From: Rhodobacter capsulatus SB 1003
Lineage (GTDB): Bacteria > Pseudomonadota > Alphaproteobacteria > Rhodobacterales > Rhodobacteraceae
Direction of reading: 5' to 3'
DNA length: 32,000 bases
Assembly (NCBI RefSeq): GCF_000021865.1
Contig: NC_014034.1
Location: forward strand, 3,450,001 to 3,482,000
The notes below the pieces were generated by a model, which saw only the letters and a program-made list of their open reading frames with translations, did no database searches and was not told where the DNA came from. Shown here in pieces: positions 31,840 through 32,000 of the stretch. Within the stretch, counting starts at the first letter, position 1. Each line of letters starts with the position of its first letter. A program made the translations under genes and the position numbers.

Positions 31840-32000
31840 ATGATCGCAGCCGCCGCTTCCATGTCGGCCCTCGGGCTCGGGCTGGGCTACCTGCTCGGCG
31901 CCGCCGCCCGCAAGTTCCACGTCGAGACCCCGCCGATCGTCGAGGAAATCGCCAAGATCCTGCCCGGCACCAATTGCGGCGCCTGCGGCTTTCCCGGCTG
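31840..32000 (+). CDS. rnfB: RnfB, N-terminal fragment (runs off the window)
   Basis: ATG 31840 is preceded by AAAGGAGA. Translation MIAAAASMSALGLGLGYLLGAAARKFHVETPPIVEEIAKILPGTNCGACGFPG matches the RnfB TM anchor plus its first Cys motif. It is absent from the ORF track because it is truncated. Confidence 0.85.
   Translation, partial: MIAAAASMSALGLGLGYLLGAAARKFHVETPPIVEEIAKILPGTNCGACGFPG

Overview
High-GC alphaproteobacterial chromosome segment. Product calls come from motif recognition by eye and no database search was run. Gene content and order match what I recall of Rhodobacter capsulatus nif region A, the nifA1/nifB1 copy.

Left third (1-11.7 kb):
- cydDC thiol-exporter genes.
- Two paralogous cytochrome P450 genes flanking a CRP-type regulator.
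- A minus-strand envelope methionine-sulfoxide repair operon, msrB-dipZ-msrA. Its DipZ carries an in-frame Met-rich tandem repeat.
- A BciA-like NAD(P) reductase.
- The molbindin gene mop, with a Mo-box-like dyad upstream.

Right two thirds (11.8-32 kb) form a dense nitrogen-fixation island, almost all on the minus strand:
- nifB-lrv-nifZ-nifT plus a SIR2-like ORF.
- nifA.
- iscA(orf6)-nifU-nifS-nifV-nifW.
- nifE-nifN-nifX-DUF269-DUF683-fdxB-nifQ plus a TPR-like ORF.
- A Prx5-type peroxiredoxin.
- fprA-fdxC-fdxN-rseC-rnfF(apbE).
- Divergently on the plus strand, rnfA and the start of rnfB.

Six TGGCAC-N5-TTGC sigma54 promoters and several TGT-N10-ACA NifA-type enhancer elements are readable directly. 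No tRNA, rRNA, CRISPR array or mobile element was seen. Many long ORFs in the track are antisense shadows typical of high-GC DNA.

Most worth a second look:
- The catalytically degenerate SIR2-like cistron coupled to nifT.
- The Met-rich repeat in the msr-operon DipZ.
- The twin-P450/CRP module with a matching operator.
- The sigma54-preceded peroxiredoxin.
- The shared promoter and enhancer cassettes.
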